From IMG/VR virus record IMGVR_UViG_3300021400_000028, positions 42,250 through 106,249 of that record: a stretch of 64,000 nucleotides of DNA. One strand, 5' to 3'. The position numbers and the translations under genes were made by a program. Positions 19,901-32,100 of this stretch are shown piece after piece. The stretch is from a virus (taxonomy: Duplodnaviria; Heunggongvirae; Uroviricota; Caudoviricetes). Below the pieces are notes generated by a model. The model made no database searches, was not told the DNA's origin, and saw only the letters and a list, made by a program, of their open reading frames with translations. How positions within the stretch are numbered: the first letter of the stretch is position 1; each line of letters starts with the position of its first letter.

Positions 19901-21892
19901 ATTTTTACTCCATTTGTTGGTATTCCATCTACATATGCATTGGAAAAAGAAGGCATCTACTCAATTCGACAGCAAGAACCTGCAATGTACCTGATGTTTA
20001 AAGTCAGAGAGCAGGACAATTCTCCGTATTATACCATAAGTAAACGATTTGAAATCAATTCTACTGACGAAGAAGTATTTGGTGGAGACTGTTATTCAAG
20101 TACAGTTACTATGCGTATTCTTCGTAACTTTATAGATCCAACAACACCTTATGTTGATAGAATTGTCAGACCTAATGGATGAAAAGAATACTTAATTGCA
20201 TTAGATAATGAAACTAGCACAGGAGAAGCTCTTTTAGAAGCAGAAAAGAATGTAAACTTAGCAGATGTCAATGCAGTAGATTTAGGATATTGAGTCACAT
20301 TTAAATGCTTATCTTCTTATAATCTTGGTTTACGCTCTGAAAATCGATTTAATACAGAAGAATTAGCATTAATGGGTTCACATAGATCGTTCTATCCTAT
20401 TAGTGGACTTTCTACAGCAACAGGAAATAAAGTTGAAGAATCATATCTTTTAAACGATGGTTTATCTGCAACTGTTGGACAAAAAAGATATTTAACTTTG
20501 AATAATCCACCTTATAGTAAGAGTGATTTTTCTACTCGTGTAATGTTCTCTAATAAACAAGTCACAGATGCTTTTACAAATGGTTATCGTACTATTCAAG
20601 GTTTGTCTTATCATGATTATGATAAACAATACGGTGAAATTGTAAAACTTCTACCATGAGGTAATAATTTGTTCTGTGTATTTGAACACGGATTAGCAAT
20701 ATTGCCAATTAACGAAAAAGCTCTGATGCAAACTACAACAGAACAAACAATTCATATTTATGGTCATGGTGTATTACCAGATCAAATGTCGATTGTATCT
20801 CAAGATTATGGTTCCAGATATGCAGATTCTGTTATAAGAACACCTTTGGGGGTTTATGGTATAGATGTTGACGCTAAAAAGATTTGGCGATTTACCGATA
20901 AACAAGGTTTTGAAACTATATCTGATATGAAGATAGAAAGTTTCTTAAATCTGCATTTAAAACCAGAAAATCATTCTCAAATTTCAGTTGGAACTAATGA
21001 TGTTCGTACACATTATAATTCCTTTAAAGGAGATGTAATATTCACATGATATTACGATAATGAAGAGTTTTCCATTTGTTTTAATGAAAGACAATCAGTT
21101 TGAACCACTCGTTACGATTGAATTCCAATAGTTTCTGAAAATATTAATGGAGAATTTTATTCTTTACAAACTGGATTAGATAGTAACAATACAGTTGGCA
21201 TTTATCATCACAATCCTATTGATTCTCGTCCAACTAAATGATATGGTAAACAACACGTGTTTGAATTCGAATTTGTTGTATCTGATCCAATTGGAGTTCA
21301 TAAAATATACGATGATTTGCAGATAATATCGAATAATGTTCAGCCAGAAGAATTATCTTTTGAAATTATTGGCGATGCTTATATGTTTAATAAATCTCGG
21401 TTATATCATACAGTTTATGATGGATATTTTAATCATAATAGACTTTATGGTAACGAAACTACTGATAAAAAATATGTAAATAGAGATGATCCAGAATTTA
21501 CAAAAGATAAAACTGAATCCGCTATTTATAAGCCTTTTAGAAATGCTAGTAAATTAAATGATAGAGGTGGAAAAACTGTTTATGGTGACATTCTAAAGAC
21601 AGATAATGCAACTGAACAATATCATTTGAGAATTCCTCAAGAATGCAGAAATATTGAAACATGAGGTCGCAGACTTGGAAATATTCATTATAAGAATGAT
21701 TCTTGATATACTAACATAGAACCTATTATCTATGATGCTCGATTAAATGATCCAAACATTACAACATTTGACAACAATATTAAGAAATGAAGTTCTGCAA
21801 GAATTAGAGACAAATGGTGCAAAATCAGAGTTCGTTATTCAGGAGAAGATTTATCTGTTATTACAGCAATTAAAACAAGTTTAAATATATAA
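16892..21892 (+). CDS. Tail muzzle / stabilisation protein (P22 gp10-like family in crAss-like phages), 1666 aa (many TGA=Trp)
   Basis: N-terminus NTFQDGLNLDLHPIVTPNSVLTDNLNGTFITYNGNEFCLQNDKGN is characteristic; seven track fragments share one frame separated only by TGA. Confidence 0.8.
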
Positions 21893-21895
21893 GAT

Positions 21896-23134
21896 ATGGC
21901 AAACGTTAATTGAAATGCTTGAAATAAAGGTGCTGCTGCTAGAAAATCATCAAACGTAGATTTATCTTCTTATGGTTATCAAGACGTTGTTGAAACTGAA
22001 GTAAATGAATCTCTTCCAAAATCAAACAAAAAGGGATTTGGTGATTATGCTACTTCTTTTAATAATAAACTTCCTCAAGGATTTGGCTCTGCAATTGGAA
22101 CTAGTATTGCTGGAATTGGTGATGCTTATGGACAATCTAAATTTAACGATTCTTTTTCTGAAGAAGAACAAGCCGCTCAATCTACAATTAGAAAGGGTTT
22201 AGAAATGATTCCTGGTTGAGGACAATTGATTGCTGCTGCATCAGGTGCAGTTGATGCAATTGGTTCTGCAACCGGAACAAATTTAAGTTCTGTTAATAAG
22301 GAAGATGCTGACAGAGCTGGCGTTAAAGGAACGTGGTTCAATAAAGCAATGAACGTTCTTCCTGGTAATTCTATGATTTGAGGAGGATTGAGTGCTTTAT
22401 TTGGGAATGATAGAACAAATAGCTTTAATATTTCTAAAGATGCTTTATCGATGTCCGACGGATATGGTGCTACAATGGGAGATCTTAACGCTGCACAAAA
22501 CCTATCCAATAAAAGACTATTCTTTGGACAAACAAGTCAAGCAAATAACTTTATAGATTCTCAAAGAAACAATCAAGAATTACTTGCACAAATTGGAAAA
22601 GTTAATACACAGCGTAAGCAATCCGATTATTATCAAGATTTACAGCATCAAAATATTAATAGATATGCTGGTCAAGGATATCTTGGTTTAACTGTTGGAA
22701 AGAATGGAATGAAATTAATGTCTGTAGAAGAAGCTCGTAAAATTGTTGCTTTGAGAAAAGAAACTAAAACATCTGAACCAGAGAAACTACAAAACGGTGG
22801 TAATATACCAGGTATTGATTCTTCTATTCTTCCTGAGGGAAGTTTACATAAAGAATTGAATCATCTTGATGAAATAAATCCTGAAATTGGAGATATCACA
22901 AGAAAAGGAATACCTGTAGTGACTTCTGGTAATGATTCTGAGCAAGTTGCAGAGGTGGAATCTAATGAAATTGTGTTTCGTTTAGAGATAACGCAACGTT
23001 TAGAAGAATTAATGAAAGATGGTTCTGAAGAAGCAATGATAGAAGCTGGTAAACTTGTAACTACAGAAATTATTGAGAATACTGTTGATAATACTGGACA
23101 AATAACAGAGGAGGTTGTAGATGGAAAAGAATAG
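21896..23134 (+). CDS. Internal cargo protein with Gly/Ala-rich putative membrane segments, 412 aa (TGA=Trp)
   Basis: ATG 21896 MANVN-W-NA-W-NKG in frame with 22388; hydrophobic GxxxG segments (IPG-W-GQLIAAASGAVDAIG); ends TAG. Confidence 0.6.
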
Positions 23135-24107
23135 GAAAGCTAATGATGCCATTTGAATGGCAATTCTTGAAATGATTCGTGGAGGACAGGCTGGGAATGT
23201 TGCTGCAAACTCAGCCATCCTTCAAGCGAATATAAAACGAGATGGTACACAGAAAGAAGATATTGACGAAAGTACAGCAAATCAGATATTACCAGTTGAA
23301 GAAAAAATTAAACTTCAATTTGCACAACATCCAGAAATGTTAGATGAACTAAACGATTATGTTGAAGAAAATAATATTTCTGAACCACAGGACATAAATG
23401 AATTTGGGAATATAATCGAGAGTTTTCTTCACAATATTCGTGGATATGCTAAAGGTGGACAATTCGAAACAAATGATGAATTTGTTGATGTAACAATTAA
23501 TAATAAAACATATCATCTTTTAAATCTTATAACAGAAGAACAAAAAGAACACGGTTTACAATCTGTTGAATCAATGAATCCAGATGAGGGTGCTTTATTT
23601 GATTATTCTAATGAGCCTCAGGCCGAAATTTCTTTTTGGATGAAAGATACAACTATTCCTCTTGATATAATATTTGTTAACGAACAAGGAAAAGTTATTT
23701 CTGTTAAACAAGGTGAACCCATGTCAGAAGAATTGATAACAGAATCTTCTGAATTTGTGGCTTATGTGATTGAACTTAATGCAAATTCTGGAATTAAGCC
23801 AGGTTATCAAACTTCGTTAGGAGAAACGATAGAAGAAACAGATCCTGATGAAGACGACTCACTTGAAGATGAATATCCAGAGTTAAAAGTTAATCATTTA
23901 ATAATTTACGGATCTGATGGACAACCACAAGGTTATCTTAAAGGTGGAGAGAGAATATTTAGTAGAAAGAGTACACGTGTTATAATTCGTAAAGCAAAGA
24001 GAGCTTATACTTCTCAATCTGATACGGATTTTAAAGCTCTTGGTAAATATATATTTAAAGAGATGGCGGCTCAAGACAGTCGTGAACCAGAATATGTAAC
24101 AAATTAA
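23121..24107 (+). CDS. DUF192-domain protein, 328 aa (1 TGA=Trp)
   Basis: HGLQSVESMNPDEGALF...ISFWMKDTTIPLDIIFV...VIELNA is the DUF192 signature; start 23121 joins 23157 through TGA. Confidence 0.75.
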
Positions 24108-24108
24108 T

Positions 24109-27100
24109 ATGATAAAACATTATCTTTTATGAGAACACGCATCAGAACCAGATGTAGATAAAGAAAAATACGTTTGGCTAAATGATGGTAACTGTAAAAT
24201 CTGAAATGGTATTCGTTGAGTTATAATTAACGATGGAACGAATAACTGAATAGATGATACGCTGTTGTCTCCAAATATCGCTAGAGTTTCAGATATTCTG
24301 AACTATTTGCGTATGCTCAGAATTAGTACAAGTGATCAAGATCCTGATGGAGATGGTCCTGTTATAGATCTTAGTGATTATGCAACAAAGAAAGCACTTG
24401 AAGATGGATTGGCTGGGAAATTAGATAAAACAGAGTTTGAAAGATTCAGAGATAACCTTAATCCCAAACTAATTAACATAACTGAAAATACAATTCGTAT
24501 TGATAATCTAGAAGATGATGTTAATTTATTATGAGATAAAATTAATAATTGCTGTAATGGTAGTGGCTCTGATGATGAATCTGGAGAAGGTGATTCGTCT
24601 GATTCTTATAAGTCTAGGGTTTTCTTAATCTATACAAAAACAGCATCTCCTTCAATTGTACCATTTCTTCCAACAGAAACATTCACTTGAGTTCGTTCTG
24701 CAAACGAACTTAATCCAAAAACAAGTAAAGTTACAACTAGTTCTGGAAATACTTGTATTTGGCGTACCGATAACAAAAACGCTAGTTCTGGCGAATATGT
24801 ATGAATTTCTATGGGTTCTTTTGGTCCGGATGGTAAGCAAATTGGTACATGAACGGATCCATTCTGTATAACTTCTGGTGGCAAAGACGGAAAGGATGGT
24901 AGAAATGGTGTTGATGGTGTAAACATGGAATTTATATATAAACGTGTTACAACTTTATCTGAGGCATACGCTGAGCCAGCTCCTAATGGAGATCCTACTG
25001 TTGATGATTGATATGATGAAGAAAACGGCTGATATGATCATCCTAATGGCATTGAACCGGAGTTACCAATAGAACTTGTAAGTTACAGGAAAAAATTAGG
25101 TGATGGTTCTGGAGATTGGGGTCCTTTTAGTAAACCTGTTATTTGAGCTAAATGAGGTGATGATGGTACCGATGGTGATGGCGTAGAATATATCTTTTTA
25201 GTTATTGGAAATACCGAAAATGAAACTTCTGTAGAAGAAGTAACTTTAGATAATGGTGCAACTACATATAAACTTGTCGATGAGACTTTGTGACCACCAA
25301 TTAATGGAGAAATGCTTACGAGTGTTGCATCTGTTTCTAGAGAACTTATACTTGCGGATTTTCAAAACGACGAATGAGTTCCTGGAAATAATAAACAATC
25401 TGTAGGCTGAGATAGAAACTGGACAGATGAACCATTAGATGTAAGTTCTGCACAACCTTTTGAATTTGTGTCTAAACGTAAGTGAAATCATAAAACTAAT
25501 ACATGAGGTTATTTCTCTGTACCTGTTTTATGGAACAAATTCGCATATGTTGCTCCTAGTGGATTTACTGCGTTTGCTTTTACAAGAACCAATAAAGATA
25601 TTCGTTCTTACGTTCCAGAGGGTGGAACTAAATTACATCCTATTCCAATTTCTACTAAAATTGATTCTACAAGTTATGATACAGATATTACTTGGTATGA
25701 TTCAATTCCATCTGGTAATGAAACAGTTTGAATGACTCGTAGGATATTTGGAGATGGTGCTGAAAATCAAGGTTGAACTTCACCTTCAAGATTAACAGAT
25801 AATTCTGGCTTTAATGTGGAATATTCGAACGATTATGATTGGGAAAATCGTGATACTAAGAAACTTCCTAAAATTGATGGAAACCCTAGTTTTGTAACAG
25901 ATAACGATGAGGGATTTGATGAATCAGCATGAAGAACCTACTGTTCTGAAAATGGTTTAGGCACATGGTCCGACGATGATACAATAGATAGTCCAGAATT
26001 TATGGCTACTTGTGTTAAAGGTAAGAACGGTTCTTGAAGTAATTGGGTTATATCTCATATTAAAGGTGAGGCTGCTACAGAATATAAATGATTCCGTATT
26101 TATATAGCTTCGGTTAATAGACCTAATACACCAACTACAGGTAAATGAAACGTAGAACAAGATGTTCTTGAAAATATACCAGAGGGTTGATCTGTAACTT
26201 CTCCAACAGACAGAAGTATTACTTGATGAGCATCTGATGCTAGATTTGAAAGCCGTACAGGTGGATTTAATCAAATTTGATGTGATCCTTATCCAATTAC
26301 AGCCAATGCTGTTACAGTATCTAATCAAAGTACTTATTATAGGGCTGATACTAAAGAAACTGGAGTTACTGCACCTATTTATGATCCAACAGGAAGTTCT
26401 TATGACAACGACCCGACAAATAACGGTTGAGCACCTGCACCAGGACTTACTACAAATAAATATGATTCTGTTTTAACTAGTGCTAAACCATATTTGTGGA
26501 GTTTTCAAAGAATTAAATACAGTAACGATAATGTTTATACATCGCCAGCTGTAATTATTCGTTATTATAATGCAGCAGCTAATGTAGAATATCAACAAGT
26601 ATTAAATGCTGCAAATCAGGCAATCATTGACGCATTAAGTAATAGTGAGTCTAGATTATATGAAATTAATGAGACTGCAACAAAAATTGAGAATAACTCT
26701 GGATTTTACAGTATTTTAACTCAATCTGTTGATGGAAGTAATAAATCTTTCGCTGATTTAGTTATCGATTCTGCAGATAATGCTAAAATACAACTTGCTG
26801 CAGGAACTAATGCTGGTGGATATGTATTAACGAGACTAGACGGAATAGATTCTACAATTACAACATTAGCAACAAAACAAGAACTAAATGACGTAAGTGC
26901 ATCTGTTCAAACTATTTCTAATGATGCAATACAATCGGCAGTAACAAAATCGCATTATGTTTGAAAAGGAACGTTGCCTGAAAACGAGGTTGTATATAAA
27001 GAGTATTTAGCTGCAAGCGGAACGTCTGATTATAATAAAGAAGCATGATTTATTGGAGGAAATTATCCGTCTAATGTGTCTAGTTGAACGCGTGTATTAT

Positions 27101-28047
27101 TAAGTGATGAAGCTTCTGTAATTAAACAAACCTCTAATAGTATACTTATGGCTGTTGGGGATGGAACAAATGTTGCAGCTAGTATTCAGGTATTAAAATC
27201 TTTAGAAGTACGTGATGAGAATGGAAATGTTATTTCTCAGCCAGATTCTAGTAATACTTCTGCTATTGTTTTAGATGCCGACCATATTATATTAAATGGA
27301 GAAGTTGTAGCAAACGCAATTAATACAAAATATGCTAATGTTGCAGGCGGTGCTGTAGTTTTAGATGCAAATGGACTTCGTGCTACAAATGCTGTTATAG
27401 AAGGTGATATTACTGCAACTACAGGTAAAATTGGTGCTATTTCTGTTGATAGTGCGGGTTTGATATTAAGAGATTCTTCAAATATACCTGTAGCAGCATT
27501 AGTTAATCCTGGAACAATTGCTAGTGATAAAACAGGTGTTGATTTAATATTTGCTGCTGGTCCTTCGACAACAATAACACCACAAGGATATCCAACCGTT
27601 CTAAATACATCCGCATTTAAAGTTTATAGTGATGGTTCTGTAAAAGCTAGTGATTTTGAGTTCAATGGAGGAAGTATTACTGGAGATTTAATTCTTGGAG
27701 AAAATGGTGGATTTAAATCTTCTTCTTGAAATGGAAGTTCTGGAGACGCTATTAATATTACTCATTCGCAAATAGAATTACGTACGTTAGTTGGTGATTC
27801 TAGAATATATACAAATCGCACACTTGTAACTAAAGATTATATAATTGTTGGAGAACAACCAGATAGAAATCATAGTAATCACATTACAATATCTCCTACA
27901 ACAATTTTAAAAACTGTAAGTGCTGGAAATACACATGTGCCTTATACTTTAATTTGGTGTAACGGTAGTGAAAATTATTATTTAGCTATTGTGAATCAGC
28001 TTCCTTCTTCACCAGATTCTAACACTATTTATTTTGTAACATCATAA
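24109..28047 (+). CDS. Large tail fibre/hub-type virion protein, 1312 aa (many TGA=Trp)
   Basis: Single frame; repeats such as PVI-W-AK-W-GDDGTDGDGVEYIF (both W = TGA) and GKDGKDGRNGVDG typical of crAss-like fibres. Confidence 0.7.
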
Positions 28048-28048
28048 T

Positions 28049-28486
28049 ATGGGAAGTATTAATTTAGGAAATACTCCTATAAATAAAATTTATTTAGGGA
28101 GTACAGAAATAAAAAGTGTGTACTTAGGAAGTACTCTGATTTGAGGTAGTTCTGATACACCACCTGTATCAAATACAATATACTACAGTGTAGCAGGTGC
28201 ATTTCAAAATAATAATCATTCGAGTTATGCTGGACTTCCTGGTACAATTCGTGTTGAGGACAATGAAGGAAATATTTTAGGACAACAGTCTGTAACAATA
28301 CCCGAATTAAACAATAGTGTTGGAACATCGCCAAACATAACATTTAGTTCTGAGGAATTATCCATAATTTATGTTAGACTTATTGTCAATAATGAAATAT
28401 TTTCAACAAGTGTGTCTAGTTTTACTGGAGGTGACGGTTTAACATCAGATTCTCCAAAAGTAGCAGTATTTAATGGAACTTTTTAA
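28049..28486 (+). CDS. Small fibre-associated protein, 145 aa (1 TGA=Trp; missed by track)
   Basis: MGSINLGNTPINKIYLGSTEIKSVYLGSTLI-W-G N-terminal motif; open to TAA 28484-28486. Confidence 0.7.
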
Positions 28487-28496
28487 CTGATAGTAA

Positions 28497-28526
28497 AATA
28501 AAAAGCCCCGCTCTAAAAAGCGGGGC
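28497..28526. terminator. Intrinsic terminator, U-tract on the minus strand
   Basis: GCCCCGCT-CTAAA-AAGCGGGGC stem with an A-tract on the left, which is a U-tract for a leftward transcript. Confidence 0.8.
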
Positions 28527-28592
28527 ATACTAATCAGGTTAATAATATTTAATCGAGTAACTATAAGTTCATTCCGACTATTTGTCTGATTG
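28497..28592 (-). ncRNA. Candidate structured small RNA (about 95 nt)
   Basis: Own promoter (28598-28628), nested stems AAUCAG/CUGAUU and UAGUCG/CGAUUA, ends in terminator; no coding ORF downstream of the promoter. Confidence 0.45.
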
Positions 28593-28597
28593 TGATA

Positions 28598-28628
28598 CAA
28601 AGATACTAAATTTCTAAAATTTATCAAA
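28598..28628 (-). promoter_or_regulatory. Bacteroidetes sigma-A type promoter (leftward)
   Basis: Minus strand TTTG (28628-28625), 19-nt spacer, TATCTTTG (28605-28598). Confidence 0.7.
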
Positions 28629-28668
28629 ATATAAGTTTTAGAAAATATAATAAAATTTTAAAAAATAA

Positions 28669-28700
28669 TTTGGATTTTTCATTTATTCTTCGTATATTCG
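28669..28700 (+). promoter_or_regulatory. Promoter for cargo/vRNAP operon
   Basis: TTTG 28669-28672, 20-nt spacer, TATATTCG 28693-28700 (one mismatch to TAnnTTTG); same AATAATTTGGA context as other promoters. Confidence 0.7.
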
Positions 28701-28763
28701 CATTCGAATATATGATTAGTGTAAATGAGAGATGATATTGTTTAATTAAAATATATAATTGAT

Positions 28764-29081
28764 ATGAAACTTAAAACTGTAAAGAAATATCAGGAAGGTG
28801 GCCAAATGGCTGCATCTGCTCCAGCTGAGACCGCTCCTGCTGAACCTATGGCTCCTGCACAGGGTAGTGCAGAGGAACAACTCGCACAACTTGCTGGTCA
28901 ATTGCTTCAAACATTGCTTGAACAGCTCCAGGATCCTAATGCAGTAATGGCCGTACTTCAGGCTGCAATGGAAATGCTTCAGCAGTCTATGGGTGGTACT
29001 CAGGGTCAACCTGTATTTAAGAAAGGTGGTAAAATTAAGAAAAATACTAAGAAAGCTTGTGGTGGCTTGATGAAGAAGTAA
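28764..29081 (+). CDS. Small internal-virion-type protein with QEGG/KKGG motifs, 105 aa
   Basis: KKYQEGG at N-terminus, FKKGGKI and KKACGG at C-terminus, A/P linker and Q/L helix in between. Confidence 0.8.
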   Translation: MKLKTVKKYQEGGQMAASAPAETAPAEPMAPAQGSAEEQLAQLAGQLLQTLLEQLQDPNAVMAVLQAAMEMLQQSMGGTQGQPVFKKGGKIKKNTKKACGGLMKK

Positions 29082-29102
29082 TCACTTGGCTCTAACAGAT
29101 CA

Positions 29103-29135
29103 ACACGGGATTGGGATTCTAATCCCGTGTTTTTA
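29103..29135 (+). terminator. Intrinsic terminator
   Basis: ACACGGGATT...AATCCCGTGT stem followed by T-tract. Confidence 0.8.
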
Positions 29136-29159
29136 GTATAATTTAAATATTAATTTATT

Positions 29160-32100
29160 ATGAGTTGAGTGAAAAAATTTCAAGAAGGTGGAAAATCAAC
29201 TAAACAATATGGACATTTAATAATAAATGGTATTGATTTAGGTAATTCCGAAGAAATGTATAATGCTTTTGCAAGACATGCACAAAGACAAGATATAAAG
29301 CAAGGTAAATTCTACGATCAGTGGTTAGAAATGCTTCGTAATGGAGAGGATGTTGAATTTGGAAATGGAAATACTGTTAATGCTAAACCAAACGACATGT
29401 CTGAACGCAGAGCTGGTGAACGTAGTAATTGAACTAGATTTTGAGATGATGTTTTTGATACTGATAGAAATCAATTCTCGAATGCCGTTGCAACTGCTAG
29501 AAAATTTACTTTTGCGTCACCTAAATCAGAGGATACAAATAGTTCTAAAAAAACATCTCACTATAATAAAAAAGCAAGTTTTGATTATTTAGGTACCGGG
29601 AAAGATTCCGTTTATCAAAAAGATAATCCGGAAAATATCGGAATTATAAAAAGATTTGGTTCATATTTAGATTGATTAGAAAATCCAGATACTTGAAACA
29701 AATCAAATGAGTTTACTACTGCAATTACAGATGATCAAGCCCAAGCATTAAAAGCGTGGTATCAACAATTTACTGGTGATACTCCTGAAGCAAGACGTTC
29801 TGCAGCTCAAGCAGCAATTGATACTGCATTAGATGCTGTTTATAATAGTAAAGGTGGGTATCAAAATGTTCCTGAAAATTATAGAGATTTATTTGCATAT
29901 TTTAATATAGGCGATACTCAAAATAATACTGGGAATGCGCAAGGAGGTAATACATCTGATGGCATTTCTAGTGGTACTGGCTTTATAAATCCAGACGGCT
30001 CGATTAATCATGGTTTACGTACATCTAATGGTAGTTTCATGATTCAAAAAGGTAATGGAGCCGGAGATAATAGTGGTTATTATACAAATTGAAACGGAAA
30101 TACATCTACACCATATATTATAACAAGAAACGATTGAGATACTCTGGGTCTAAATGGAGATTATGAATTTCTTAGAAATGGGGTAATTTATAATGGCCGT
30201 ATTTGAACTCCTGAAGAATTAAGTACGCAAACCGGTAATCCGTTATATGGCATTATGGAAAGAGTAAAAGCAATTAATGCTGATACTTCACTTACTGGTC
30301 AAGAACGCTTTAATAGATTGTCTCAATTGGTTAATTGATATGGAAAAGAAAGCGGTTATAATCAATTTGACTGAAATCCTGATAGTTATTATACAATCAA
30401 TCCTTCTTTAAGATCTGTTCTTAATGGATATAAAAACCTTTCGTTATACGATGCTTCAAAATCTTTTGGATTTGAACCAGGGGTTCTTTTAGGTGCATAT
30501 GATAATTCTACAGCTGGAACTGAGAATTGAGGTTTACGTAATCCTTTCTATTTAAAGCGAGATCAGAATGATAGATTTATCGCTTTAACAGCTGATCAAT
30601 TAAGTCAGATGTTTCCACAAAATGTTTACAATCCTTATTCATCAAATTCTGCATTTGATAGTAACTCTATGTTTACTAATTGAGTAGATTTGATGAACGA
30701 TGGTCGTTATTTTGGATTATCTTTTACAACTCTGGGCACTGACCGGGATTCTCGTACAGGTCAATTAAGGCAATATCAGATTTACGAAGGTCAGGATGGA
30801 AATTTCTATCATAAGAAAAATAATAATACGCTTGTTAAATTAGATCCAGATTTAGTGGAATGAATACGTCAAGGTAATCGTCCTAATAATAAACAAATGG
30901 ATACTGGTAAATTAGGTAAATTACCTTTATCTGTAGAAAGTGGCGGTGCTAGAAAAAATGGCGGAAAGATTAATGCATTTCAGATTGGTGGCTCTTTTGA
31001 AGGTGGTCCTAATGGTGTTCAACAGATAAATGTAGAACAATCTCCTTTACAAAATGCATCTTATTTACAGGATTCTCTTACAGATGCCGACTGAAAAGAA
31101 ATTAGTGCTGCTGGATTAGATTTAAGTGGTGCGATTGCTGGTCTTATTCCAGGAGGTTCTATATATACAGCTGGTTCTGGCTTAGTTTCTACAGGATTAT
31201 ATTTATCTGCTGCTAAAGACAGAAAAGGTAAAACAGACGCAAGTGATTGGGGTCAAGCGGCATTATCTACTATATTAGACGCTGTATCTTTATTACCTTA
31301 TGTAGGAGAAGCCGGAAAACTTGCTAAGATTGGAAAGACTGTTTCTAAGGTAGCAGTACCTCTTGGTAAAGTGTTTAATATGATTGGATTGGCGCATCTT
31401 GTTCCTACTCTTACTAAAAATCCTAAAGATTGAACAAGTGATGATTTAATTGCCCTTTCAACCGGTATTACGGCTGCATTAAATGTTGGACATAGTGTGC
31501 ATACTTCACGCGGGGATTCAAAACTAGCGGCTGAAATTAGTAAAATTAGAAAAGCCCAACCTGTAGAAGAATTTAAATATCATAAGACGTTTAAAATTGA
31601 AGATAAACCTACAGATATTGAACTTTCCGCTGGAGATGTAGCTAAAGTTGTTGAGAGTAAAACTCCAGGGAATACGTTAAAAGATATTCTTAAGCAAACA
31701 TATAAAGTCTCAGATGATCAATTAGGAAATACAAAACAACTTTTAGAAGATTTTGGATTTGAAATTGGTACCAGGCACTTTCATTTTAAAGACAAGCGAA
31801 TTAAAGCTTCTCAACACCAGGAACAAGAGATGCCAGAATATTCTGAACACGGTTGAATTGGAGATCAATTTAGAATATTTGGCAATCCAGAAATTGCTCG
31901 TAGACAATATATTGATCTTAATATGAAAGATCCAAAAGTACGAGCTAAGGTAGAAGCTTTTTCAAAAAAACGTATTACCGGTTCTCATAATAGTAATGCA
32001 ATCAATGATGAGATAACGACTACTACTTATAATAGAGAGTTTGAAGATCCTCGTCTTAGAAGAGCTTATGCACAGTCCTTAATGCGCTTAGGTGATGAAA

